This document shows, in pieces, positions 12,500 to 24,689 of a DNA stretch of 64,000 nucleotides (the stretch's first letter is position 1; every line of letters starts with the position of its first letter). Position numbers and translations under genes: made by a program. The DNA comes from Heptranchias perlo (Eukaryota): the NCBI RefSeq assembly GCF_035084215.1, contig NC_090345.1:41850001-41914000 (forward strand). Direction: 5' to 3'. Under the pieces are notes generated by a model that saw nothing but the letters and a program-made list of their open reading frames with translations, did not search any database and was not told the DNA's origin.

Positions 12500-13087
12500 G
12501 ATTGAAAGGATTAAATGAAATTAGTGAAGCTTTAACTGATATTTTTGCAAGTTTAAAAGCAACTTTCCCAAGGATTGGAAAGTGGGAACATTATTCGTTC
12601 ATTTAAAAAAGGGTCAAGAGCCATTTCTGGAAACTACAGAACAGTGAGTTTAACATCAGTCTTTTAAAAAGAATTTTACAAATCAAATGGGCCTAGGCTT
12701 GGAAAAGCAGAAGTTGTTAAATGGCATGGATTCAAGAGAGGTCATACATAACCAATCTGCTAAAGCTTCTCAGTAACATTATTAACACTTAGACAGGGTA
12801 ATACAGTTAACATTTTATACTTCGATGTTCAGATGGCTCTTAGCAAATCTTACACATTAGCGATCAATGCCTAAGGGAGGAATCTTGGAATACCAGAATA
12901 GTGTTGGAAAGATAATTGATTTAAAAACAATGGATATCCAGCAATGGGAAATTTCCAGGCTGGAAGGCAGGTCAAACTTGGAACTAAGACTATTTTTAAT
13001 ATCTATTAATAACTTGCATGATCGTATCATGAATAAAATCTCCTAGTTTACAAATGATACCAAACTAGGAAGAAAAGTAAGTAATCA
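12500..13087 (+). mobile_element. Old CR1 RT fragment, 5' part (host of the Harbinger insertion)
   Basis: Degenerate PKDWKV..I..FKKGS...GNYRTVSLTS and KFTNDTKLGRKV motifs. Confidence 0.7.
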
Positions 13088-13338
13088 GGAACAATTTTAG
13101 CATGGCGGCGGGAACTCAGTGGGTGGGTAAATAGTCGCATGGGAAACCCAGAAATAATTTTAGCGGGTCAGTTTAAGCGATCGCAACTCAATTGAAAGCA
13201 TTTAATTTTACTTCCGGATTTCACGTCTCCAAGCTCTGCAGCGGGCGTATTGCGCACCCAAATGATGAGCTGTGAACTGGAGTATTAAAAGGGCCATTGC
13301 AAAAATAGATTTTGAAGGAGAAAGGAGGAACAAGGAAA

Positions 13339-13940
13339 ATGGAGGAACACAGAGCAAAGGCAGCACCCCGGTTCAGCGATGCCTCCCTTGAGGTGCTACT
13401 GGCTGGTGTGAGAAGCAGAAGAGACATCCGGTACCCAGCTGACAGGAGGAAGAGACCGGCTTCTGCCACTAAGGAGGCATGGCTGGAGGTGGCAGAAGAG
13501 CTGAGCAGCAGGAGCACGGTGCCCGGGGCCTGGGTTCAATGCAGGAAGCAGTTTAATGACCTAACCAAGTCAGGAAAAGTGAGTACGTTTGCTGATTCAC
13601 CCACGTCTTGTGAAAAGAATTACCCCCTCCCACCTCACTCTCTGTTGGCATGACTACTCCATCACATCACTCCTCACACTCACTTAAGTTTCAGCATCAA
13701 CTAACCTTCACTTTCTATGCACCTCCTCACCTCCACATTTGTGCACCCACCACTGCCACTCACCCCAATCCTGATGCAATGTAATGAATCTGTCTGATAA
13801 TGAAACTGATGCATCAGTTTAATTGTCAGCCTCACCCAAAGCTTCCATCGGGTGAACACGTCACCCACAGGTCTGCTCTTTCTTCCCTTGTAGGAGAAGA
13901 CAGCACAAAATGCAAGAGAGAGTAGAACTAGAGGAGGGGA
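13339..13940 (+). pseudogene. Harbinger Myb/SANT-like (MSANTD-type) DNA-binding protein; exon 1 13339-13578, exon 2 from 13894
   Basis: MEEHRAKAAPRFSDASLEVLL...AWLEVAEELSS...WVQCRKQFNDLTKSGK, donor gtgagt at 13579, polypyrimidine+tag acceptor at 13893, then EKTAQNARESRTRGG; degraded beyond this. Confidence 0.8.
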
Positions 13941-14374
13941 GATGAGGGTTGTCGCAGGGAAAGTTGACGTAGTCAGATGCCCTGGCAAACAAGCCATCCG
14001 TCACCTGTCATGTATACTTGTGTACAGATGACTGAGAGACCTGGAGATGTCACCAGTGGCGCCCTAGAAGGATCCGGAGGCAAAGAAATTGAGGGCAGTG
14101 GTGACTTTAATTGCAACAGGCATTGCTTGGCCACCAGGCCCAGCCAGGTGCAGTTCTTCATGAAGGAATGTGTAGATGTCTGCAACCACCTGCCTACGCA
14201 AGCTCAGCCTCCGTAGACACTGCTCCTCAGAGGTGTCCAGGAGCTCAGCTTCTGTCTATAGACACTCTCTCACAGGTAGTGCCTCCTGCGACCTCGGCCC
14301 CGCTGTTGGTCCCCTCTATGCTGTGCGGCAGGTCCTTTTTTTTGCACACCTCTGACTTGTGCACCTGCAGATCC

Positions 14375-14661
14375 CACAGACTTAAGGTGATTGGCAAAAG
14401 AATCAAAGGCGACGTGAGGGAAAGCTTTTTTTACGCAGCGAGTTATGATTTGGAATGCGCTGCCTGAAAGGATGGTGGATGCAGATTCAAGCGTGGCTTT
14501 TAAAAAGGCATTGGGTAAATACTTGATGGGAAAAAATTTCCAGTGCTAAGGGGAAAAAGCGGGGGAATGGGACTAACTGGATTGCTCTGACAAAGAGCCG
14601 GCATAGGCTCGATGGGCAGAATGGCCTCCTTCTGTGCTGTAACCATTCTATGACTCTATGA
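14375..14661 (+). mobile_element. CR1 3' tail inserted in the Harbinger
   Basis: HRLKVIGKRIKGDVRESFF...; ends in ccattctatgactctatga. Confidence 0.85.
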
Positions 14662-15271
14662 ACTGCACACCGTGCCTGCCGCTGATAGTGATGTGCCTCC
14701 TCCACAGATGTACTGTGGATTACATCTATTGCGCCCCTCATACTGATCTTGTCAGTTTGAGGGGGTCCAAAATGTAGGTAAATTTGCCTGAACACAAGAA
14801 TTCTCAGTCTCAAAAGAAATCTCAGTCTAAACACAAAGAACTCCCAGCCAAAGGTTTGTCTGAGAGAACTAAGTGCCCAGCTGCAATACCTCACCTTTTA
14901 TTGAGATGGTTCAATCACTTGTTTAAAGGTCCAAATGAACTTCAGCTGCAACTCGCCTCCGTTTCAATGGAATGTTTCAGAAGCCACGGGAGACACATTC
15001 AGGAGAAGTTAAATTCGATTCTGTTGCAGAATCCACAAAAAGTTATTTAGCTTAAGTCTTTCAAGTATCTGAATTGTCCCTTTAAATATCAGCCTGCTGG
15101 CTTTAAGTGCCAGTGGGACTTCCAGGTGTCTGTTGCACGCGCATTATAACGCGCCTGGGTTAAACCCGGAAGCAGGCACATTGGAGCCGAGATGCGGTCC
15201 CGCTCCTAAAAGCTCCTTTAGCCTCCCACTCCCCTTCAACCCACCCGCTCTTTGAGATTAAAATTACCCCC

Positions 15272-15950
15272 AATGTATCAGATTCAAGTAACTGGGACAA
15301 TATGTGGCAGATGCAGTTCAATGTGAATATGCGTAAAGAACATAGTATGGGAGAAAGCAAAGGACCCTTGAGCATTTGATCTGGCAGTGGTACAGCATGC
15401 TCATCAGGAAACAAATCTAATAATTAAAGTGGATACATCTAGGATATCATCAGCATAGTACTTAACAGCAATTAAAGATTAACAAAATAGTGGGTTGCAT
15501 TACCAAGGACACAGGTCACGAAGAGTAGAAATCAAAAAAGGCTACATTTCTGCTGTACAAGGTGTTGGTCAAACCCCATCTAGAGTACTGTATACAATTC
15601 TGGTCGCCTAATCATGGGGAGAATATCACTGTCCTAGAGAGGGCACAGAGGTGAACAACAAAATGATTCTGAGTATCTAGAATATAAATTATGAGCAAAC
15701 GATAAGGAAGTTGTGTTTTATTTTTAGATGATCTAATTGAAATTTTCAACAATGTGAATTGATTTGACAAAACCAATCCAGATAACCTGTCATTTTGGCA
15801 AAGGGTTCAACATAGAGGACACAAATTCAAAATTAGGAAGTTAGGAATAAGGAAGGAAGTCAGGGAGAATGTCATCATCCAAAGGGTATTAGACCTGTTG
15901 GACAAGTTACTGAGGGAGGGTTTATGGGTTTAGAAGATATTGGTGAGTTA
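15272..15950 (+). mobile_element. Old CR1 fragment, 3' part (continuation of 12500-13087)
   Basis: MWQMQFNV, LLYKVLVKPHLEYCIQFWSP and RGHKFKI motifs. Confidence 0.75.
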
Positions 15951-16389
15951 GAGTCATAAAAATGGGATAATGGCAATTATTGTGCTGCACATCGGAGTGG
16001 AAGCCATTTATTTACCCTAGGTTTCTGCAGCATTTTTTGGTCTGCTCCATTTTCTCAGTCCTTCTCTTCATGGGAGAGCTCATTTAAGTTTATGCAAATC
16101 ATGATACTGGCACAGCTGGGCCAAAATCCCACAATTCACTCTGTCCAGTGTAAGTAACGCCAAGATAAAAAGGGGTGTGTCTGTTGCCAGCATCAACTAA
16201 TACTGGCAGAATTGCTCCACTATATGCAGCCTGCACTCTAAGAAGATATTTATGGTTATATCTGGAGTCAGAAGTATTCATTTAGAATTCTTTTGTTTTC
16301 CTTTGGTTAGATTGAGAGGTGGGCTTGAATATGACATACTGAGGGCTTGTTAGGACATAGAGAATCTTCATCTCACACACAGATTAATG

Positions 16390-16960
16390 GGTACTTATTC
16401 ATCAACTGGGGATTCCCTTGTTCATAATATTAATGGTGAAAAAGGGAAACAGAAGGGAAGATCGAGGAGTGAGGCAGCATCTAGGGAGGATGGGGCCAAC
16501 CAGAAATCACTCCCCATGAAGAGTTTATATGTCACACAAGTCTTATCAAGATCTGAATGAGGGGCTCTGCATGAGAAGAGTTCACTGTCGAGGCCATTGA
16601 TGGACTCTGCCAGCTTCTGAAAAATGACCTGCAGCCTAATTCATCAGTCCAAAACTGTTTTGCCCAGTGGCTGTCAAATTACTACCACACTCAATTTTGA
16701 TTTCCACAGGCTCCTTTCAAGCAGCAATAGGCGATATTTGCAACATTACCCAGGGTGCCATCAGGGCATGCATTCACAGATATGATCTTAAGGTGAGCTG
16801 TGGCAGCACTGTAGGTAGAGCTCTACAGTTTTGTGATGTTGCCAGTTTCCCCGAAGTTTTGGGTGCCATAGGTGGCACTGACATTACACTGCAAACTCCA
16901 ACAGTCAATGATCTCAATGGAAAGGGATATCACGATCAACATATAAATTGTCTGTGACCC
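16390..16960 (+). pseudogene. Harbinger transposase (HARBI1-like) remnant
   Basis: LPVAVKL...TGSFQAAIGDICNITQGAIRACIH...ASFPEVLGAIGGTDITLQTP...NGKGYH. Confidence 0.75.
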
Positions 16961-17649
16961 TCTCCAAAGAGTGTGTCTCCCACAAACCAATAGCTTGCTA
17001 TGCCCTTCACAACTACGTAATTCATAAAGGCCTACAATGGGGATCCCAGAGTAGTTTGGCTCAGATTCTTTGAAGGCAGAGGAGCATGGACTGGTGCTTC
17101 ATGGAGGGCATCACTTTAAGGAATCTTCATTGCAGCTGCAAAGTAGATAGATTATTAATGATTCTTTCTCATCTGATTGAACAAACAGCTTGCAAAGTCC
17201 CACCAATCTCACCATCTCCCATGGCTGGAGCAGAGTGTCACCCCAGGAGCTCGATGGCCTGCTTCACTTAGGGGATTAGCTTTTTGATATCAGAATTGCC
17301 GCTACCATTTACCAGCCTTTCATGGCCCTCATGAGCCAGTTTTTCTTTAAGCAGGATTGAGTGCATTCGATGAAAGCTTTTATGTGAAGGATGTCTCCCA
17401 GGTGGCAACAGGTAGCTGATGTTTATCGATCTGCTGGTAGAACCTTGTTAAAGTAGATGAAGCATTTTTAAGCCATTGCATGCACGCAAGGCTGTAACAG
17501 GAATTGGTAGCATATAAGCATATATTGTAAGAAGAAGAGCCTTTGAGCCACAATGCAGTGTGAAGGAAAGCTTGTGCTCCAAATAATAGGGGGTGCTCGA
17601 AGTGTTGGTTTCTATGGTGATCAAGAGAGAAAAGAGAGAAAGCCAGTTC

Positions 17650-17825
17650 TCTTATCTTACTTGCCCTCATCAGGCCATTGAACTTTTTTCTGCACTGGCC
17701 TACTACTCTGGGAGTCAGAGAGGTGGCATCCACTGCCACCTCCCTTCACATGGCTCAATAAGCACCTTTAATAGGGTTTTCTACTACGAGAACCCAACAG
17801 TCTTCCCTCCTCCTTATTTGCACCT
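17650..17825 (-). pseudogene. Harbinger Myb/SANT-like exon remnant, convergent with 16390-16960
   Basis: WEGRWQ..AVDATSLTPRVVGQCRKKFNGLMRASK. Confidence 0.7.
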
Positions 17826-18550
17826 CATCTTTAAAAGGTCTTAAAGGTCAGACTGTTGACGTTATGAGCTGTCTTGAAGTGGACTGTTCCCTTCTTTGGG
17901 CTCCTCTGAATGCTCCTGAAGTCGAAGCCATTCTTTTAAAATCACAGAAATTCTCTGTTAACACAGCTATCCACAAAATCTGTCCAACAATCCAAGCCTT
18001 TAAAGCTATCACTACTTTCCTGCTGTTTCTCCAGTCTGTTGCTGCTCCTCACAGTTGCTATAAAGGCAGCACAAAAACAGGGCATTCGGCTCAGCTGGGA
18101 TATGCTGGTGGTTATGCTCCACACGAGCCTCCTCCCACCCCTCTTAATCTAACGCTATCACTCCCCCCAGCCGAGTATTCCTGTTTTACACAGATGTTGC
18201 ACTACCTCAGTGTCAACGACTATGCAAATGAGCTGTAGAAATACAGGGGCCTGTCAGTGCAATCAGCATAGAGTGCGGCCAACACAGAGTGATCTGCTGA
18301 GAGTTTGGTAAGTGTGGGAGTTCAGTGAAGTGGGGGAAGGAGGTGCTGCTTTGCCTTGCTTTTCCTAACTTTTTCCACAGAGCGGCAGTGGACCTGAGCA
18401 GCAGAAGACTGAGATTGGGGAATAAAAGCAGCAGCAGACCTGAAAACTACTGTGCAACGTCACAGGTGAGGCAGGAGAGTCAGAGAGGTGAGCATAGTAT
18501 AAAAGGAGAGACCGAGAGCGGGAGGAGAGTCTTAGAGTCTAAGGCAAGTC

Positions 18551-19499
18551 ATGGCAGCAGAGCTCGCACCTGTGATATGCTCCTCCTGCACAATGTGGGA
18601 AGTCATAGACACGACTAGTGTCCCTGGCGACCATGTGTGCAGGAAGTGTGTCCAGCTGCAGCTACTGGCTAACCGAATTTCGGAGCTGGAGCTGCGGGTA
18701 GATCCACTGTGGAGCATCCGCGATGCTGAGACAATCGTGGATAGCAAGTTCAGTGAGGTGGTCACACCGCAGGTAAAGATTACACAGGCAGAAAGGAAAT
18801 GGGTGACTGCCAGGCAGAGTAAAAGGACTAGGCAGGTAGAGCAGGAGTCCCGTGGGGCCATCTCCCTCTCAAACAGATATTCTGCTTTGGATACTATTGG
18901 GGGAGATGGCTTATCAGGGGAAAGCAGCAAGAGCCAAGTTCATGGCACCACAGGTGGCTCTGCTGCATAGGAGGGGAGGAAGAAGTGTGGCAGGGCTATA
19001 GCGATAGGGGATTCAATTGTAAGGGGAACAGATAGGCGTTTCTGCGGCCGCAAACATGACTCCAGGATGGTATGTTGCCTCCCTTGTGCTAGGGTCAAGG
19101 ATGTCATGGAGCGGATGCAGGGCATTCTGGAGGGGGAGGGTGAACAGCCAGTAGTCGTGGTCCATATTGGTACCAACGACATAGGTAAAAAGGGATGAGG
19201 TCCTGCAAGGTGAATTTAAGGAGTTAGGAGATAAATTAAAAAGCAGGACTTCAAAGGTAGTGATCTCAGGATTACTACCGGTGCCACGTGCTAGTGAGTA
19301 TAGGAACAGGAGAATAGACTGGATGAATGCGTGGCTGCAGGGATGGTGTAGGAGGGAGGGATTTAGATTCCTGGGACATTGGGACCGGTTCTGGGGAAGG
19401 TGGGACCTGTACAAGCGGAACGGGTTACACCCAAGCAGGACTGGGACCAATGTCCTCATGGGGGTGTTTGCTAGTGCTGTTGGGGAATGTTTAAACTAG
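18551..19499 (+). pseudogene. CR1 ORF1: zinc finger/leucine zipper plus SGNH esterase
   Basis: CSSCTMWE...CRKCVQLQLLANRISELELRV; IGDSIVRG (SGNH block I); VHIGTND (block III); GLHPS (block V); premature TAG at 18968 and a frameshift near 19190. Confidence 0.88.
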
Positions 19500-19739
19500 A
19501 GTGGCAGGGGGATGGGAACCTGAGCGGGGAGTCAGAAGGGAGTAAAGTTGAGAGCAGCAAGAGAGGGGAAGACCCAGGGGAAATCTAAAATACAAATAGT
19601 ACAAACAGTTGTTCAAGAACAAGTGAAAGGGAAAAGCATAGAGCAGCGGAAAGTGTACTTTAGACACTACAGATAAAGTGAAAACAAGAAGGCGTAAGGT
19701 GATTATCCCGGCATCAAAGCTGAAGGTCAGGCTAGGGTA

Positions 19740-21830
19740 TGAAGCCCAACTAAGAGTTCTATATACAAATGCACGGAGTATAAGGAATAAATTAAAAGAA
19801 CTACAAGTTCAAATTCAAACTGGAGGGTATGACATAATAGCTATTATGGAGACATGGACAAGATGGTTCCCATCCCAGGGTTTTAAAAGGAAGTAGATGA
19901 GCAGGATGGTCAGGATTGGGAACTAAATATACCGGGTTATAAGGTCTACAGGAGAGATAGGGAAAATGGAAGAGGAGGAGGAGTAGCCTTAATGATTAGA
20001 GATGAAATCACTTCAATGATAAAGGAGGATATAATGAGAGGTAAGCAGCCAACAGAGACCTTATGGGTTGAATTGAGAAATAGGAAAGGATCTAAGACTA
20101 TAGTGGGAGTTGTAAATAGGAGCTCTGGCAGCAGCTCTGAAGTGCTAGATTGTATAAATGCAGAGATTTGACAAGCGTGTAAGAAAGGCATAGTGGTCTT
20201 AATGGGGGGCTTTAACCTTCACATAGATTGGGAAAAGCACACTAGCAACTGTCAGAAAGGTAGCGAATTTCTTGAGTGTGTCCGGGATAGTTTTCTACAG
20301 CAGTATGTCCTAGAGGCAACAAGGGGGCAAGCCATACTAGATTTAGTAATGATTAATGAACCAGATTTAGTTAACAGCTTAACTGTGCGTGAACATCTAT
20401 CCAATAGCGATCATAACATGATCGAGTTCAATGTAGTGTTTGAAAGGGAAAAAAGTGAATCAGCTGCTAAGATTCTAGACTTGGGTAAGGCCGACTTCAA
20501 TGGGATGAGACAGAGACTATCCACAGTAAACTGGGCAAATCTGTTAATGGGTAAAACGACTGATGATCAGTGGGAAATGTTTAAAGAAACATTTAACGTG
20601 ATACAGAATCGGTTTATACCCCTGAGGGGCAAGAACTCCACTTGCCAAAAAAAACAGCCATGGACAACTAAAGAGGTAAGGGACAGTGTAAGACATAAGA
20701 AAAGGGCATACAAAAAGGCAAAAAATGGCACAGATCCTGGCGAATGGGAAAGATACAAAGGGTCACAAAACAGATAGTAATAGCTACAAAAGAGTGTATG
20801 AAAAGAAACTCGCAAGGGATATCAAAACCAATACGAAGAACTTTTATAGTTACATTAGGAAAAAGAGGGTGGTCAGGAGCAGTGTTGGCCCCTTAAAAAC
20901 TGAAAGTGGGGATATTGTCATTGACAATGGGGAAATGGCGGACATGTTGAACAATTACTTTGCGTCAGTATTTACAGCATGCCGGAAATCCCAAGAAAAC
21001 TAATATTGAATCGGGGACAGGGACTCGATAAAATTAACATAAGTAAAGCAACAGTAATGAAGAAAATAATAGCACTAAAGAGTGACAAATCCCCAGGACA
21101 AGATGGTTCCCATCCCAGGGTTTTAAAAGGAAGTAGATGAGCAGATTGCAGATGCCCTAACTATAATCTTTCAAAGTTCTCTAGATTCAGGAACTGTCCC
21201 TCTAGAACAGGGTACTTACTAAATGGTAAAAAGTTAAAAACAGTGGATGTCCAAAGGGACTTAGGGGTACAGGTACATAGATCATTGAAGTGTCATGAAC
21301 AGGGTCAGAAGATAATCAAGAAGGCTATTGGAATGCCTTTATATATAGAGGACTAGAGTACAAGGGGGCAGAAGTTATGCTGCAGCTGTACAAAACTCTG
21401 GTTAGACCGCACCTGGAGTACTGTGAGCAGTTCTGGGCACCACACCTTCGGAAGGACATATTGGCCTTGGAGGGAGTGCAGCGTAGGTTTACTAGATTGA
21501 TACCCGGACTTCAAGGGTTAAGTTACAAGGAGAGATTACACAAATTGGGGTTGTATTCTCTAGAGTTTAGAAGGTTAAGGGGTGATCTGATCGAAGTTTA
21601 TAAGATATTAAGGGGAACAGATAGGGTGGGGATTTTAGGAGTAGGGGGCACAGTCTAAAAATTAGAGCCAGACCTTTCAGGAGCGAGATTAGAAAACATT
21701 TCTACACACAAAGGGTGGTAGAAGTTTGGAACTCTCTTCCGCAAATGGCAATTGATACTAGCTCAATTGCTAAATTTAAATCTGAGATAGATAGCTTTTT
21801 GGCAACCAAAGGTATTAAGGGATATGGGCC
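19740..21830 (+). pseudogene. CR1 ORF2: APE endonuclease plus truncated RT
   Basis: LYTNARSIRNK, DIIAIMETW, MGGFN, ILDLV, SDHNMI; [19 protein letters not shown]; RT core deleted, several frameshifts. Confidence 0.88.
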
Positions 21831-24689
21831 AAAGGCAGGTATATGGAGTTAGATCACAGATCAGCCATGATCTTATCAATTGGCGGAGAAGGCACGAGGG
21901 GCTGAATGGCCTACTCCTGTTCCTATGTTCCTATGACCCTGAGAATTACAGTGAGGATCAACACTGTAACTCATCGGTGGCCAACGTTCCACCTCTGGAG
22001 AGGCAAGAATGGCGTAAATGGCCCAGTGAATTTTTGGGACCAATTGGACGCACTTCTATGAAGAGAAGGAATTGAGGAATATGTTGAGAAAGTAGGTTGA
22101 TTTCTCCAAAAGGAGTGACCTTGTTAGACTAATGGTCTTCTTAATTTTCTGTTGCCAGTGGTTTACTTATTTCAAATGGAATAGTTGGTCAGGAGTTCGT
22201 AACATAATCCAAGAGTTGAGATGATGTCAAACTGTAAGAGAGATGTTCATGCAGTTTATAAAGTCAACTGAAGCTTGAGGTTATGTTATAGCCTCACAGC
22301 ACATACTAGCCAAAAGAGCTATTATTTTATCATGTAGTTCTCTCAGAGCCATAAATCATAGATTTATGACACAAATACTCACAGCGGGACAACATTATTT
22401 CATGATAACAGTGTCTCACATGTATTATGGATTCACTCCTTGGTAAATATGTATTCCCTCAAATCACATTGATAGTTTAACAGACTTTAGTATACTCAAG
22501 CAAGATTCTCAATACCCTTCTCTGAATGTCATCACACAAGGACATGAAATATATTGTTAAAAATTTCTCCACCCATTAAAATGGAAAGCATTACTTTAAA
22601 AATACGATGCAAGAGACAGCGTACAAGACTAATCCAATTTCAAGGCTGAGATAAATCATTCACATTTTGGTCCTGTCACTCATAATGTTATGTTATCGGA
22701 ACCCTACAATTAGATTCAGCTTTACAATTCACTCCCAGGTAACTATATATTCACTCGTGCTACAGCTCTTTATTCTCATCACACAAACTATCAATTTAGC
22801 TTATTTAAAAGAAAGGCATTCAATCTGTGTTAATCTCCCTAATAATTTAATTGAAGTGAGAATTATTTTCAAAGGTGATGCACTGGATACACCATCAGTC
22901 TTATGCTGCCTTGATGTATTTTTAGACTAACTGGTTGATGTCCTGTAACATTGCGAACAGACAAAAAGAAAAATAATGTTTTTGTCTCTCTCTTTATGTA
23001 ATGGCCTCTCCACTTGACTCCAATTTTTTAGATCGCTCTGTCTTTTCTTCTTTCTTTGTCTGTCTCTCTCTTTATGACTGCATCTGTCTGTCACCGAGAC
23101 TTTGGTAAAGGAATTCATGTAGTGCCGGAAACCGGCACCAAACGCGCATCACGCCTGGAACGTGCGCCCAAATATGTTGGCCCGAGGTTCGCTCAAAATT
23201 GAGCCTCAGGTTCTCATCTCCATAAAACCAGCGAGCTGCAGACGCTAAATGGGTGTCCCGATGCAGCTCGCCAGTCAGGGTCTTGGGAAATTCCGCTGGC
23301 TCCAATGTCACAGGAAAGTTCTTGGTGGAAAATGAATGGGAGAGGTGCAAGCCCGGGTAGGCAGCAGCCCACAGTATTGTTGCACCCCTGGTCTTACTGG
23401 CTCCACATAAGTGTACATATTAAAAAATAAACTTACCTTTTTGTCAGTAGCCTCCAGCGGTCCCTTTAAAGTCCACTGGTTAGGCTGCTATCGACCAGGA
23501 AAGACTCAGCGGAGCACGAGCAGCACATGCCCCACCCAGCTTATGCTGAATTTGGGAGGGGTCCTAGAACAGGTATTAGCATATTCAAGGGGCCTAACGC
23601 CTGTTTCATGCGATGGATCTGGATACTTAGATGTCGCCGGCTTCCAATTTTGCAGTCGATGTACTTCTGGGAGAGATCGGGCACAATCACGTCTGGAAAC
23701 TGGTCCTCCCAGCACTAACTTTTTACCCAAAAAATGGACACTATGAGGACCAATTTCCTCCCTTTTTTACTGTTTCTGCAAGTCTGTTGCTCACTCTGCC
23801 TCCTCTCTTCTGCATACCTCCCACTCTCTGCGCAAACCTCCCATATAGTTTGTATCTCTTACTCCGCATCTATTTGACTGTATATTTCAATTTTGGTATC
23901 TTTCTCTCTCTTTCCAACCTGCAGGTCTGTCACATATTTTCTTCATTCTTCGCTCTCCTTTTTTTAAACCTTTGAATTAGTTTTGCTTCTTCATTTCTGA
24001 TCTCCTTTTTCATCTTTTGACTTGCACTCTGCAGTTTCTTGTAAATCCACTCCCAGTTTGCTATCCAAATGTACACTTTATGAGTGAATCTCTCGGGCTT
24101 TGCTCATCATAAATTGTAGGATTCTATCTCTGTCTTATCTCTCTGTCATTTTTGTGTTGTTGATTTTATTTCTTTCTTTGCTCGTCTCTGCTTCCCTTTC
24201 TGACTGGTTTTGCTTATTTTCTGGTTACTTCTGTAGTTTCTCGCTCTCTCGCTCATTCATCCTTTGTCAGTTGGAGGTACAGGTTCTGGCTGGTGGGAGG
24301 TATGGACGATGGTCAGGGAAGAAATCCAGCCACGGGTGCAGGCTGGTGAAGGGGTGTTTACTTTTCTGACCGCAACTAGTGCCTGGAGCGTGGGGGCAGG
24401 GGTTGGGCCTGAAGGCTGCATTTTTAAGTGGTAGGTCTGGGGTCCTGGTTGGGAGGGTGGGGGAAAGGAGTGTAGATGGGAGGCAATTGCTCCAGGGGAA
24501 ATAAAGGAGCGTGAAGGCAGTGGCAGTGTGGAACACAGTACTTCCTACCTTAAAGATACAAATCTTGGGAGTTGGGAGGATTAAAAGTTAAGGACGATGG
24601 AAGTACAGGGATCAATTTTCGAGTGACCCCATTCATCGGGCAGACAATGGCAGACATGGTCATTCCTTATTAAAATATACAAAGGGTGA

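Larger units (their letters stand above)
13088..15271 (+). mobile_element. PIF/Harbinger DNA transposon, internally deleted
   Basis: Spliced Myb/SANT-like gene; degenerate TIRs ggaacaatttta / taaaattacccc; interrupts the CR1 RT between DTKLGRKV and MWQMQFNV. Confidence 0.75.
18245..21935 (+). mobile_element. Near-full-length CR1 LINE with an internal RT deletion
   Basis: 5' UTR, ORF1, ORF2 and 3' tail ttcctatgttcctatg; ORF2 jumps from SGTVPL to YLLNGKKL at about 21205. Confidence 0.92.

Noticed and set aside
23110-23762. GC-rich MITE-like segments (also about 26640-26980 and 36820-37540)
   Set aside because: Probably DNA-transposon relics, but I could not find matching TIR pairs, so they are not called
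23770-24270. Hydrophobic membrane-protein-like ORFs
   Set aside because: Low-complexity CT-rich DNA produces F/L/S-rich translations
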